DNA of 64,000 nt, taken from the NCBI GenBank assembly GCA_951406725.2, contig OX597817.1:23064001-23128000 (forward strand), in the 5' to 3' direction. Shown here in pieces: positions 1-14,204 of this stretch. Both the position numbers and the translations under genes were made by a program. Under the pieces are notes generated by a model. That model was not told where the DNA came from. It made no database searches and saw nothing but the letters and a program-made list of their open reading frames with translations. This DNA is from Octopus vulgaris. Its lineage: Eukaryota. The stretch's first letter is position 1; each line of letters starts with the position of its first letter.

Positions 1-3
1 TCA

Positions 4-958
4 TTTTAATTCTCCCGAGTATCTTCCTTAAATACATCATCGCCAACTTTTTCTGTGGCCACTTTGTCATCTGTTCTTGTATTTTCGATCGTGAAACTTT
101 TCTTAATTTCATCAAGCTCTATTGCTGTTATCCATCCCTTCTTCCTCATTGCCCTTACCTCACCAAAGAGCCACTGTTTCGTAATATCGGAGCCCTGTTT
201 TGCTATCAAATTAGATATTGTTCCTGTCATCAACTTCCACATCAGGGGCAGGCAGGAGATAGGCCGGTAATTATTCACTGCATCACCTCTACAGGAATCC
301 TTTTCGCCAAGAACTATTTTACAAGTGGTCATCTACTTGGGTATTTTCACCCCGCAGTTGATCATTTTATTAATTTTTCACTGCTATTCTTTTGAGTATA
401 GTTAGAAAATGTTTCACACAGTACCCTTATACTCCATCTTGGCCTGAGCATTTCCAGTTCGAGATACTGGTTGTCTGCTAAGTCACCATTTCAGTTGTTA
501 GTCTTATATTGTTGTTTCACATCACATTGCTTTGATCTTAATTTATTCAACCACACGCCAACTTCATTATTCTTTATTCCATTATCCCAGATGTTACTCC
601 AAAAGCTCCTACTTTCATCGACGTCCGGTTTCTCACTGCTGTTAACCTTTCTATTTAGCATCAAATAAACATTTTTCTGATCCATTAGAACAAACAATTG
701 GTTTTTACTTTCCCCTTTTCGTCCATTACCTTTCCCGGTGTAAGTTGGTACTAAGCATTCGGAACCGCATATCCATACTTACGGCATAGGAGCCAGCGGA
801 GGTTTGGGGCTACTTTCTCGTGCCTTCGCTTGTACTCTTTCTGCACAAGACTTTGACAAGCACTAACAATGTGAGTCACGCTTTCGACCCCCTTCCCACA
901 CATTCTACAGAGGTCCAGTGCACTTTTGTAGTTTATATTCTTTTCACTGACACAGTTC
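4..958 (-). mobile_element. Three fused fragments of an R4/Dong-clade (RLE) non-LTR retrotransposon
   Basis: Manual minus-strand translation. 958-705 gives CRMCGKGVESVTHIVSAC..YKRRHEKVA (CCHC knuckle plus RHD-type motif). 697-210 gives FWSNIWDN and NYRPISCLPLMWKLMTG (RT N-part). 200-4 gives VRAMRKKGWITAIELDEIK (resembles the ORF N-terminus). Abuts a (TAA)n array. Confidence 0.8.
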
Positions 959-1243
959 TATATTATTATTATTATTGTTGTTGTTGTTATTATTAATATT
1001 ATTATTATTGTTGTTGTTGTTGTTGTTGTTATTATTATTATTATTATTATTGTTCTTCTTTTTCTTCTTCTTATTATTATTATCATTGTTATTATTGTTA
1101 TTATTATTATTATTATAATTATCAATAATAATGATAATGATAATAATAATAAGAATAAGAATAATAACAAGAAAAAGAAAAAGAAGAAAAAGAAAGAAGA
1201 AGAAGAAGAAGAAGAAGAAGAAGAAGAAGAAGAAGAAGAAGAA

Positions 1244-1288
<45 letters not shown>

Positions 1289-1357
1289 AATGATGATGAG
1301 GATTGTGATGATGATGATGATGATCATGAAGATGATGATGAAAGAGAAGAAGAAGAA
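959..1357. repeat. Compound trinucleotide microsatellite (TTA/TTG then TAA/GAA/GAT)
   Basis: Directly visible; repeat polarity flips near 1115-1125. Confidence 0.97.
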
Positions 1358-1603
1358 TTGTATTGCTGTTGCAAAAAAAATTATGTTTACATATTCGAGT
1401 GGTCAGGCAGAAAAGAAAGATAAAATGTCCACACAAAATTGTAGATATTAATGTTACAAAATTTCTCGAGAAAAAAAATAAGAAGAAGGTAAGTACGTGT
1501 CAATATATGCAAGCTTCACAATTTCAAAAAATTCTAAAACACTACAAATCTTATAAAACGAAAAGAAAAAAGAAAATTCAAAAATTCAGCGGTGTGAACA
1601 TCA

Positions 1604-1605
<2 letters not shown>

Positions 1606-1671
<66 letters not shown>
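1606..1671. repeat. (TA)n microsatellite, representative of many TA/CA/TATG/TATC arrays (e.g. 2231-2279, 2933-2993, 6405-6790, 18997-19215, 22383-22510, 37640-37845, 51441-51600, 53500-53770)
   Basis: Directly visible. Confidence 0.98.
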
Positions 1672-1673
<2 letters not shown>

Positions 1674-2224
1674 TTCTTAATTTTTGTTTATCACTAATTA
1701 AAAATAAAACAAGATTAATTGGTTCTTTTCAAGGCCAAGATCACCGGAAGAAACAAAACGTCATCAGTACTTTAACGAATCAAAAATCAGATCCACTCGA
1801 GGAAAAATATATACACACACACAAACGTGCACACATACTCACACACCATCCTACCAAATATAAAACACACACAGACACATTTACATACGCCACAATAAAC
1901 TCTGGGGCCAATCAAAAACGGCCCGCACACACAAACATAAACACATATATGTACACACACACACAGAGACACACACACTCACACCATTCTGACTTCTAAG
2001 ACTAGTTCCCAAAACCACTGAACCATGAAAGGCTACCCATAAAAGACCAACCTTGAATGAGAAACAAAAATCCTTTCAATTCCACATTACTCTTCCTTAC
2101 CCCAACCCAAACCAACTTCCCACACTGTCCCTTAAAATAGTAAACCTTTAACTTCCCACAAATCGAAAATGCTAAAACATGTCAGTTCATTTCAAATTCT
2201 CTGTAAACTCCTAAAAACATCTCC

Positions 2225-2281
<57 letters not shown>

Positions 2282-2770
2282 ACCAAATACGACTGTTTTG
2301 GAACTATTACCTTTCTGTGTGTATATATATATATATAGATACTTACAAACAAACATGATTTTTAATGAAATCCTAAAATATTTATTTTTATATTTCTGTT
2401 TAATTTTTTCTCAACATATTTTCCTTGTAAACTGTTTTTAACAATGTCTTATTATTACCAAAGAATGTATATAGGTATTGTAATATTTTGTGACAACTAA
2501 TACTTAATACAACAAACCTTTATATTTTACTTTTGACAATCTTTTTCTAAAAATGTGAAACGGGTCAAGTGAATAAACACCTTTAAAATTGCATTTTCAA
2601 ATCTTCTTTCATATATATTTCTACTCGTGCAGTACCTTACAATTACACTTTGCAATATCATATACATTATATATATACTAAATGATGACCATCCCTCTAT
2701 ATTTCGTTTATAAAATATATATTTCAGCAAACAATAAATGTAAATCAATCAATCAATTCCTCAATCAATC

Positions 2771-2931
2771 AGGCGTGGCTATGTGGGAAGAAGCTTGCTT
2801 CCCAACCACATGATGGTTCTGGGTTCAGTCCCACTGTGTGACGTCTTGAGCAATTGTCTTCTGCTATAACCTTGTGTCGATCAAGCCTTGTAAGTGAATT
2901 TTTAGTCGACGGAACCTGGAAAAAGCCCGTC

Positions 2932-2996
<65 letters not shown>

Positions 2997-2998
2997 TG
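2771..2998 (+). mobile_element. tRNA-derived SINE family A, 5' half with internal (TA)n
   Basis: Aligns by eye to the full copy at 46336-46745 (tggct.tgtgg A-box, ggttcagtccca B-box, aagcccgtcg-(TA)n). Confidence 0.85.
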
Positions 2999-2999
2999 T

Positions 3000-4246
3000 C
3001 AGCTAATTGCCTACGTCCCCTTCACGTCGAATGATATTGTGAAGACTGAGCTACTGTCGAGCACAATGAAAGGAACGAATATTTTCCTCGTTTTGGACAG
3101 TTTCTTCAAGCAGAACGAACTGCATTGGCGATGCATGATAGATGAGGCTCCATCTATGCTCGGTCGAATGTCAGGTTTTCAAGCCCATGTGAAAGCTGTG
3201 TCACCAAACGCCACCGCTATCCATTGTTTCATACACAGTCTCATCCTTTGTGGTCAGGTGCTCCTTCCGAAGATTTTATCATGCTTGAACCATGTTATCA
3301 GAATCGTGAATTTCTTCAAAACATCTGCTGCTCAAGCTGCTCCGCGAAGATTTCGGCTCCGATCGCATCAGTCGTCTCTACTACGTAAAGGTTCGCTGGC
3401 TCTCCCGGTGTGATCCGACGAGGCATCTCTTTGAACTGAGGTATGAACCTCTTGATTTCTTCACGGAGAAGGAACGCGACTTTCAAAAAGATCTGGAGGA
3501 TGAGGATTTCATCTCAAGGTTGACCTTCCTGTCGGACATTTTTGGAGCCCTGAACCACTTAAACTTGTCGTTTCACAGGCCCAACTGCACTGCCACAGAA
3601 TTCATCTCGAATCTGAGAGCGTTTGTCCGGAAGTTGGGTCTGTGATTGAAGAACGTAACTCCTGACAACACTTTATGGGGAGCTCAATGATGAATATGCG
3701 CAAGAAATTGTAACCTCTCCCTGCTTAAGACTGAGACGATGCATTACTTCCCGGACGTGACGTTGATCCAGCCGAGTTGCCTCTCGAGACCGGGGATCAG
3801 AAAGAACTCATAGAGGCTGGCGAGACAGCAAAGACGAAGCACAAAGAATGCTCTCCTATAAACATCTGGATAAGCATGTCCGTTTCGTACGCCGCGCTTG
3901 CCCGTCACGCTGTTCCCCAGCTACTGATTTGTCCCTCTACGTGGGAGAGTGAGCAGGGGTTTTCAGCCTCACTGGCCACCAAGTGGAAGAGCCGAAACCG
4001 TTTTACTGCGCCCGGCCATGACTTCCGATGCGCTGTAAGCAAGGTTATGCCACGCATTAACCATCTGGTGGAGAAGAGACCGGATCAGCCCTCGCATTAA
4101 ATTGTGTTGTGTTCTTTGCTGTTAGTTAATTTGTGTTTTCTACGTGTGATTATATTGTTATCTGATCGAATTGAGTTTTTTGCATCTAGATGGTCTGTAC
4201 GAAACCTCCAAGTGGTATGCTATTACAAAACGGTTGGGAACCACTG
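3000..4246 (+). mobile_element. hAT (Buster/Charlie, ZBED5/SCAND3-like) DNA transposon, 3' remnant
   Basis: DEAPSMLG, HCFIH (CxxH), STWESEQGFS..KSRNR..PSH* motifs with frameshifts. Ends in cggttgggaaccactg, the reverse complement of a CAGTGGTTCCCAACC hAT-type TIR. Confidence 0.9.
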
Positions 4247-4355
4247 GAATATGTACTAGGCTTACAAAGAATAAGTCCTGTGATCGATTTGTTCAACTAA
4301 AGGCGATGCCCCAGTGTGGCTGCAGTCAAATGACCGAAACAAGTAAAAGACTAAA
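4247..4355 (+). mobile_element. SINE family A, 3' half
   Basis: gaataagtcc...aaaggcgatgccccagtgtggctgcagtcaaatgaccgaaacaagtaaaaga matches the 3' end of the 46336-46745 copy. Confidence 0.85.
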
Positions 4356-5156
4356 AAATATGTATATAGGAGTAAATGTAATGACAAGCATGTTCGGCAA
4401 GTCTATATATAAAAAATACTAAATACATTTAATACAAAAAAAGATTATAATTTGCATATGTATACATAAAAGAAGGCCTGCATACACAGAATAGAAATGA
4501 TATTAGCTAGATAATTCCTAATATCATTTCTATTGTTTGTAAGTCGGATATTTTTATAAGTATAAATATTGCTGCTATTATGTCAAACTGTCGTAAGTCC
4601 AGATTTGGCCAAATGCGTTTTTCCTTTTTCAATATTTAATTTACCTTGTAATAGCTGGTTCTTTGGGTCAAACTATCTTCAGGTGCTTCAGATGCCAAGA
4701 TATGAAAATTCTCTAAGTGTAATACAACGGTTTTGCAATTTTTCAGAAGTGTTGTATGTCCCACCATACGACAGTTTTGCAAAACTACTTCTGAATGAAA
4801 ATATCATACATGCATGGAGTTAGGATTTTATGCACCCAACAAAGTATTATTGTTAAGCTGAAACTGTTGCTAATGTAAAAATAAATGGAATGGTGAAATT
4901 ATTTTTTCGTTTTCGGAAAAAGCAACTTTTGGACTTACGACACTTTTGCAAAATAGCAAACATATGTATATATTTTGTATTAAATGTATTTAATACTTTT
5001 GGTATATCGAGTTGTCTACCTTGCTTGTCCATACACTTACTCCTCTATCTGCTCAAGTTCAAATCTCTTGATCTATGGAGTGTATTCTATCCTGTGTATT
5101 CCATATTAAGAATACCTGCCTCTAATCTCTCTTCCTCTCACTCACTCTCTCTATCC

Positions 5157-5191
<35 letters not shown>

Positions 5192-5193
<2 letters not shown>

Positions 5194-5556
5194 ATGAAAT
5201 AGTAATGCAATACGAGAGTATTGCTTTCCAGTAAAGGATAGCCCGTGAGGGTAAAATTATACATATAAAAGTAAATAAAGGGCACAACAAAGTACCGATA
5301 TTTACTGGAAAATAGCGAACGTAATAAATACGACGCTAATGTATAGCTTCACTGCGTATGTACTAGTAAAGATGCGTGGGTGCAACAAACATGAAAAGAA
5401 TTGTCTTACCTCTGAAAAATGCAAAATCTAGAAACGGATAATGCAGTACCGGTTCCAGATTCTTCAAAATACGTTTGCCAACGTATATTTGATTTATCTT
5501 CATCAGCTGCATATACATCGGTACTTCGTTGTGCCATTTATTTACTTTTATATGTA
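5192..5556 (-). mobile_element. Small PLE-like element between (TA)n arrays, with a 40-bp inverted repeat and degenerate hammerhead
   Basis: 5260-5299 is the reverse complement of 5517-5556 with 2 mismatches. The minus strand reads gcagCTGATGAagataaatcaaatatacgtt at about 5510-5480. Confidence 0.5.
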
Positions 5557-5560
5557 CATG

Positions 5561-5610
<50 letters not shown>

Positions 5611-6397
5611 GCCAACATAAACATTTACATTTGTGGTTTGTCAGGGTTATTTGTTACATAAGAAAAATTATGGATAGTTCAGTATTGCTCCAGTCATCCT
5701 GATGTTTCTCAAAACATTCACATTTAGAATATTTTGAACGTTTGTCAAATATGACACGCCCGGCAATATGTTACACACTTCTTGACGGTTTTTGAACGGT
5801 GTCACGTCAATGAATATATACATGAATTAATCAATATAATAAAATACAGTGGTTTTCCTAAACGCATTTATAGATGTCGCATGATATTTACGCTTTTATA
5901 GTTCTCTTACTTCAGTATGCGTAAGCGATATGACTGAAATATTACGGAGGTTGTGTAGAGATATTTCTTACATATAAAAACTGAGGGGTAATTATTCATG
6001 TCTTCACATTTACAGCAGAAGCAAAGTAAAGTATTTCCTGCTACAAAGTGAAACATTACCTGCTATAGAAGCGCATAATGCTACTTAGAATTAGATTTTG
6101 AGTCCAGGTGCTCAAAGTATCAGAGTAGACGTCGCAAACGATAATGGAGAAGTAACAGGAACTGTTAGAAGTTTAAAAGTGCAACTAATGGACAGTATAA
6201 CATGCAGTAACTAGTAATGTTGGATAAATAATTTCAAATATGAAATACAAGGAAATATTGCAATGTTGTCATGAAACCCGTTTTATTATCAGAGTTAACC
6301 GGAAACATTATATCGTAAATGTGTAAGCATTTATGTATAAATTTTCAAATAGTTTATTATAATGTAAAGCAGAGAAGATAGGAGAAGCGAAAATGGA

Positions 6398-6438
<41 letters not shown>

Positions 6439-6549
6439 GCTGTGGTGAAAGTAATGTTGTTGTGTGATGAATTTTGTGCGTTTGAATATATTGAAATCGC
6501 AACCACTTATATAAATGTATGTATATATATATACAGATGTGTGTATGTA

Positions 6550-6633
<84 letters not shown>

Positions 6634-6689
6634 AGTATACATATGTATATATGTATGTATATATGGATATATATATATGCATATATATG

Positions 6690-6743
<54 letters not shown>

Positions 6744-7068
6744 GATATATCTGTATATATCTATGTATAAATTATCTATGTATAGAAGTATATGAGTATG
6801 CATCCTACTTTCGATATTAAGATATGAGAATGATTTCAAAAGGATCATTCAGAAAAAAACAGGAAACAATCGATTTTATAATTTCCTTTGCCTTACTTAT
6901 ATTTCAAAGCAAATGTAAATTTGAATGAAAACGAATGAATTTGATGTTAGGAAAAAGAAAAAAAAAACTTATGTCAGTATATAACGGAATCAGCTTAGAT
7001 TTGACAGCTGTTCAATTAGAATGCAATATGACAAGCTAGACAGTCTTCAACGTTTTCAGAGTTTGGTT

Positions 7069-7070
7069 AG

Positions 7071-7160
<90 letters not shown>

Positions 7161-7297
7161 ATTATTATTATCATTATTAATATTATTATTATCATTATTA
7201 TTTATTATTATTAATATTATTATTATTATTATCATTATTATTATTATTATAAATATTATTATTATTATTATTAATATTATTATTATTATTATTATTA

Positions 7298-7329
<32 letters not shown>

Positions 7330-7352
7330 CATTACTATTATCATTATTATTA
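7069..7352. repeat. (TTA)n microsatellite
   Basis: Directly visible. Confidence 0.98.
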
Positions 7353-7799
7353 GTTTTTCATATCATTTATATCATCATTATTCGTGCCTTTCAACGTTAA
7401 TGTTTAAATCTTTTTTATATGTAATTCTTTACTCTGACAAACGGAAGCTATCGTCATCATTTACGTATTTAAAAATCTTTTATACTTAGTTAAGTGAGAA
7501 GGAAGAAAAAGTTTGAAATTAAAATTAAAGAAAAAATGCATGGAATAAAGTATATCCTTTTTTTTATACAGGAGTAAACGTTTGTTTAAAAAAAGTAGTG
7601 GCTTGTACTAGAAGTAATACTCAAATTTATGAAGGCCCTCCTACGCAGTCACTTGACTTACTGGAAATAACAACCAAATCTCCTGCACACAAAAGCACGC
7701 GCCATCAGAAAATTAAAAGAAACAAAGGTTAATGCATTCTTAGTGGCATTCAGGGAAGTTGGGTTCGAATATCTCCAATCATACGCTATTGTGGTCAAG

Positions 7800-7818
7800 A
7801 AGAAGGAGAAGAAGAGCA

Positions 7819-7866
<48 letters not shown>

Positions 7867-7958
7867 GTTGGTGATGTTGGTGGTGATGGTGGTGTTGGTG
7901 GTGATGGTGGTGATGGTGGTAGTAGTAGTAGTGGTGGTGGTGGTGGTGACTGTGGGTG

Positions 7959-8055
<97 letters not shown>
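7800..8055. repeat. (TAG)n/(TGG)n compound microsatellite
   Basis: Directly visible. Confidence 0.98.
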
Positions 8056-8849
8056 AAAATCTCCCTTAAACCCATACATTCATGAAAAAGGGGTCTGAGC
8101 GAGTAAATGTCTTTTAACATGATAGAATACTGAATCATTGCACCAAAATAAAATCCAATAGCAACAAATGAAAAAAGTACAGCAAATGGAACAACCACAG
8201 CGAAAACATTGAAAGATGATCACGTTGTTAATATTGTGTCCCGATTGTTTATCTTTAATCCATACAATATGAGTGTTACAAATGTTTACAATATACCATG
8301 GTCTCATACAGCGTGTAACCACGACCATCAAAATCTCATATCAATATCAGACCCATTCATCCCTATTTTTACTTTTATGCACAAGAAAAATAACAAAAGA
8401 CAAAAAGAATACCCTGAATAATTCAGTCCATTAGGGCATGCTTATTTTGAATTTCTTGTAAAAATATTAGGAAAATGTTGCGTACAACAATCAACATCAA
8501 GCAGTCAGATAAACTGGTATTCGATAAAAATGATGACAATTTAAATACAATGCCCGGTTTTAGCCTAAAGCTGCATATACCACACATAATGTTTAAACGG
8601 AGAATGCTGAAATGTTTCTCTATTTCGTGTGTATTTTACAGTAACCGTCGATTGCTAAAAATGATAGTACAATAATATAGGTTTCAAAATTGGAACGAAA
8701 AACAGCTGACATCACTCTGTGTCCAAACAGACCTTACTTGAAAAATATACATTTTGAAACTAAATTAAAAAGATATGAAACGAAATTGATAGATATTTAA
8801 TAGATTTCATTTCGTAAACACAAGCAAACAATAAAAAGCAAATTGACAA

Positions 8850-10600
8850 GAGTCGAATTGAATTCAAAGTATGACAACCAGCTTCAGGAGTAGGAATATA
8901 TTGAGGAGTGGGCAGGGACAATGTTAGACTCGCTACGTAAATGATAGATCGAAATAAGAAATACAATATCTGAAGAATTGTCGGCTTTAACAACAGAATT
9001 ATTAAGTCGGACAATGCCAACAGCAACTAGTTACAGCTTCCACATCATGAAAATGTACTCAAAATTTTCAATTCAACAAATTTATAAAAGGTCATAACAG
9101 AAACGTTTAATGAGATAATAACACTGTCGAAAACAACACCTCACTGACTTACCTCACACTTAATCACCAAATTTATAAAAAAAAAAACACAAGGCCCATA
9201 AGGTACAGACCAATAACATAACTTCCAACTATCTAAAAATTGTTGATTGAAACTTCGAAGATCGCAAACAAATATTTAAGAAAGTAATCTGATTCCATAA
9301 GAGATGAAAAGATGCTACAGAGACTCAAAAGTAAAGATGAATTATGTGTCAAAACTGAAGACTACAGAATGGGAAAGAAAGGCTCAAGCAAAACATCGGT
9401 TAGTTAAAAGTAGGGTTTTCACAGTAGTCTTCACACGCGAGTCTTGTAAACAATGGTCATGAGACAGGTAGCACCAGTAATAATATATATGAATATAAAG
9501 AATAAATATGACGCATCTCTGCTGTCATAGCCAAAGAAGGAATTTTAAAGCTGCTTCCATCTCTGTTAGAAGAAGGACGTTTTAAGCGATAACCCTCTCT
9601 TCACTCCTTTTCTGTCTGCTACTAACATACCTAATTCACAGGTTAAACGGAACGGACAGGACATGATAGTAAATGGTAAATGCATCAAGTAGTACTCTGC
9701 CAGTGATGAAAAAAGTAGATACCACGCGGATATTGCCCCAACTTTTCAAAGAAATCTTTATAATATTTAGCAAAGAAAAGATCGTTATGGCAACTTTAAT
9801 AAAAGGGAAGTTACTTAAAAACCTAATTATGACACTAGATAAAAGATATGAGAATTAAATCTAACACAACCATACAAACATAAAAATCACTAAGTGTACA
9901 ATAGACACAAATGAAAGAAAAGACAGGAAAGAATATTACAGAAGCATTATATTAATATTTAAAACAGAAGTAAATACAAAATAAAGCAAAGAGTGGATTT
10001 AGGTATCAAAATTCTATCTGACCCGGAAATAAGTTACAGCTAAATTCTGAAATGGACGCTAAACGGATTAGCAAGACTAGACAGGAAAGTAATGAAAATA
10101 ATGACTGCATTTAGAATATATCAATCAAAATTTGACATTGAAACATTATACTTAGCACGAATACAGGGTAGCTCGGGTCGGATAAATCTAGACAACTAGT
10201 ATAAAATATTCATGTCAGAACAGCAAAAAGATCTATGCAGAACCAAAGAAAAATTATATTAAATAGCCATGAAACATAAACCAAAAAAAAAAGAGACTGA
10301 TATCTTCCTTCAAGAAAACCAACGAATATAAAACAAAGATTGAAATGACAGATAGCTATGAGTAAAAATCTATCTGCGACTATAGAAAATGTGAAAAGGC
10401 TAAAATTGGGGTTACAGTTTGCTATGAAAAGTTAATGGCGTAAATAAAGCCCCTACATGGCCAATATTTGAAAATATTGAACAGAGAGATGCCAATAAGT
10501 AAATATCCCGGTACCAAGAAATTTTCCTCTAAAAATATAGAATAAAAAACATGCTTGTGATAGATGATCAGAGTTAAACTATTTCAGATATTGATAAGAA
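8850..10600 (+). mobile_element. Heavily decayed APE-type LINE (RTE/L2-like) remnant, tentative
   Basis: A-rich plus strand with scattered motif relics in the expected order: SGVGI..GVG (about 8880-8915), SGFR (about 9990), AKIGVTVCYEK (about 10400). No long ORF. Confidence 0.35.
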
Positions 10601-13600
10601 GAACGTTCCCATGACATCTGAAGAAATCTTCCACCGAGCAACGGGTTACGACGCAAGTGTGTTGTAAACGACTAATTGTCGGAAGGCAAGGTCTTTGCTG
10701 CAGATCAAATTCTGAATCACTGACTTAACGTTGAATCCCGGAAAACACATCCTGCTGAAGGATGCAGATTTTTCCGAAAAAAGCACAGGGATTTTACCTT
10801 GTAATTGCGATTGACCTTGTGATGCATACATATTGTAACTGCTGTCTTACGTTATTTCTACTGAGTTAGACAAATGTGAGGTGCACTTTATCACTCGTAA
10901 GAAGTCTTTCAGAGTCTTTTCTGTGCGCCTTCTCAGTTATGAATTAAACCGTGGTCATGCCGCTCATTTTCTCACATGCGATGTATGTTTCGGTTGCCAA
11001 GATTAGTTAAGGGTACACTTCTACTTGGTTTTATGTATCTCGCTTCACTTTCTTCAACTCCGTTCTGTACACCTATATATACAATGAATTCAAGAATGCT
11101 GATCTTTCTTTATAGATAAAGAGATGCTCCACATTTTCCAAAATTTTCTGCAGTAGATCAGTTCATTCGAGCAGTCGAACTACGTTAGCCAAAACATTTA
11201 TAACGGCAACAGTGCTGCTAGTAGACCGTTGGTTAACAAACCGTGGTGTTGGGGTTATTAATGGTTTTTGTGTCAATATTTGTGGCGGTGGCAGCAGTGA
11301 AAGGGGTGGCTCAGCTAGTAGTATTGGCAGAATTGTTTTGCTACTGTGTCTTCCTTATTGATTTTCAGCCTCCTACTTGTAGCTTCTATTGCTGTCGCTG
11401 CTATTTATGGCAGCGTTGTTAGTGATCTGAATATCGTGATGTCACTGTCACCATAACATCTTTAATTTTTGCTGCTATTGCTGGTAATGTTTTTGTTGTC
11501 TCTGCTGGTATTAGATAAGTGTTAACATTTTTGGTTTCAGATGGGTAAAGCTGTGTCAAAACTGGAATCGTATAGTAAAATTCTACACCGCATTACATTT
11601 GATGTTCTTTTTAAATTTCCAGAAATATATAACAAATTCTACGAAGCAAAAAGGATCTAACCATGATAGTTTCATAGAAATTGTGTAACAAATACATTGA
11701 CTTTGTAACAATTATTGACTAGTAGTTCCGTTATCAATTCAAAAATATGAGTAGCAAAGAAGTCTCCAACAGGATTTCATATGATGAAAACCTGAAGAAG
11801 AATGAACAAATTCTACATAGAATTCTACAATTTTATTAATCATTGTTAGCGTTTTACTGTAATTTTAGAACATAGATATATAGAGTTAACATTACATAGA
11901 AAATTGGAAATTTATAGAACGCCGAACAAAATTCATTGTAATATTTATTCCAGCATTTGTATTCAAAGTACAAATCATTCTTTTGAACCGCGAAATAACA
12001 TGTTAGTAGTGGCCGGTGGACTGGCGCAAATGCTAGGACAATATTTGTTTCAACCAATTGTTCTTTGATGTCAAATCACACCATGTCCTACTTAGATGAT
12101 AGCTTCGATCCGTTATCTGGTTTAACATCAACCAGCGGTACCAGAACTTCTTTCTATACATTCGGATTAAGCGTCTGTTTAATATTTGAATGCTAGCATC
12201 GGAGGAACGACCAGTGCCTATGACTTTTCCCAGCTGTGTGAGATCGGTGATTTTGATGTCATTATTTATATAATTGCATCTCCTACATCATTGTTGGTGG
12301 TTTCTGAAAGAATCCTGAGTACAGCCTAATGTGAATCATCATCAAGAAACTACTCGAAGTCTCTTACATCACAATTTGATTTCGATCTGGTTGCCATCAG
12401 CAATAATCTCTCAACTTGCAATACTGTATAATCGAAAAGTTTTCGCTTCACTCGTTCAATCCAAATCTAAGGTGGTGTCAGGGTCGATTTGGATTTAAAT
12501 ATCCCTCGTTTTTCCTCTTTTTAAATACAAATTCTGCTCAATATCTGGAAACTACGACAACCACTGCTAAATTTGATATATATAACACCTTGTTCACTTT
12601 TGTCCACTCGCACACTGCAGATTTTATATCATGTTGAAGTTTTGATATTTTATATATTGTTGCCATATGCAAATTTTAAATTAGAATTAAAATTTTAAAT
12701 TGGAATTTAAATATGTATTTCATATAAGATCTCTGATGTAAAATATATAGTGATTAAATATAGTTAAATGTTCCGTTAATATTATTTGCCTTCATATTAT
12801 TAGCTCGATGTGATACCAAGACTAGCCTTTCTCAACCCTATTCTAGGTGAACGTGAACATAGTGTTCAGACTTTGTATATTCAAAATATTTTTAACAATA
12901 TCTCAACCCAACAAGGGTGTCTATGCAGTCAATCGATCATCCAGGAATCGCCGCTAAACTTCCTCAATTCACATACAGAACTAAAGCTAAGTAACAACGA
13001 ATTTATCTCACAAAATCATAAATGAAAAACAAAAGCAAAATGATACAAATATTTGTAACAATTACAGCATCGACAACAAAACCTATGACTATTCATGCAA
13101 CTCTGTTTATAAAAAAAGTATATGCAACAATTTTGTTTGCCTCGATCACAACATATAATGTTTTATTGCGAAGATTACAAATTTATGGGCTTAATTCCGC
13201 AACTTTAACAATGTTATTTTAATTAGCGCATATGATACTGTTGAGACTGGTACGCATATTGATTGCGGGGAAACTATGCTTTCTTTACTGGGATTAAACA
13301 ATGGAAGGTTGGTCGAGTATTTCATTCCTTAGAAGAAATACTATCAGTAGTTTACTTCAGTCGTGTCTTGTATACTTGTACAAGATGATGCGCCCTTTAA
13401 TAAAGTAGATTTTTCCAGATCAGTTCATCACGCATCTAAGATCAGTCAAACTACGCCTGCATATGAAGGTGAAGTAATTACTTTGGAAGTAATCTGTTTA
13501 GAATACTGGACGGTTGCTGACATTAATGCCGTTACGCATAATTGAACATATTATGATTACTCGAAATCACTGCAGACCGGGAATACATCAATTTATAGGC

Positions 13601-14204
13601 ATGGCCAAAACTGAATTCATTCGCCATGTGATTAATTTATAAAATCTACTTTACAAATCTCTTAACTTCACGATTAGTTGGCGATTATATTGTATAAAAA
13701 GCATTCACTGTGATTTTACTAAGAGAATACAATGATCATTTAGGCAGTCGTGATCAGAATGATCTCTCTTGTCTTTCTAGTTAATCTGCTTGGATGTCGT
13801 GATGTCTGCAATGGCTCATCTGATCTAACTGTGAAAGATATTGATACTCACGAACCATAAAGAAATTTTGGTAACTCAAGATATGTATGTTAACGTTTCT
13901 TCATGGAAGCTTCCAGTGCCACCTGTCACCTGTTTTCGAGTCAGAAGTCCTCAAGCTAAGACATTTTCTGTAATAATAGGTGCATTAGGGGTAAGAATGT
14001 TTGGGCAGCTTCGTCATTACATAGACTTCTGGTAAAAATCGATTGTTGTAGGTTTCCTGCTACAATGCATAAAGGATGTGAAGCGGCGAAGCAATTTACC
14101 GAAAGTTCAAAACTGTGGGCTGCTCCCTATATGGTTGCCGCTGCTGTTGTAGGTGATCTCCCGCCCTCTACACGTGTTCCACCGGGGTTTGTTCTGCATT
14201 CGCG

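Noticed and set aside
1690-2720. Possible plus-strand Penelope relic (gtgaaacgggtcaagtgaataaa at about 2555)
   Set aside because: Only compositional and short-motif similarity to the 27700 region; not enough to call.
5410-5538. ATG-initiated minus-strand frame (MAQRSTDVY..) ending at AG|gtaag
   Set aside because: It lies inside the inverted-repeat element and starts within an arm; more likely element-derived than a host exon.
7779-8198. Hydrophobic ORF resembling a membrane protein or signal peptide
   Set aside because: It is the antisense of an A-rich stretch and runs into (TAC)/(CAC) repeats; no family motif or splice support.
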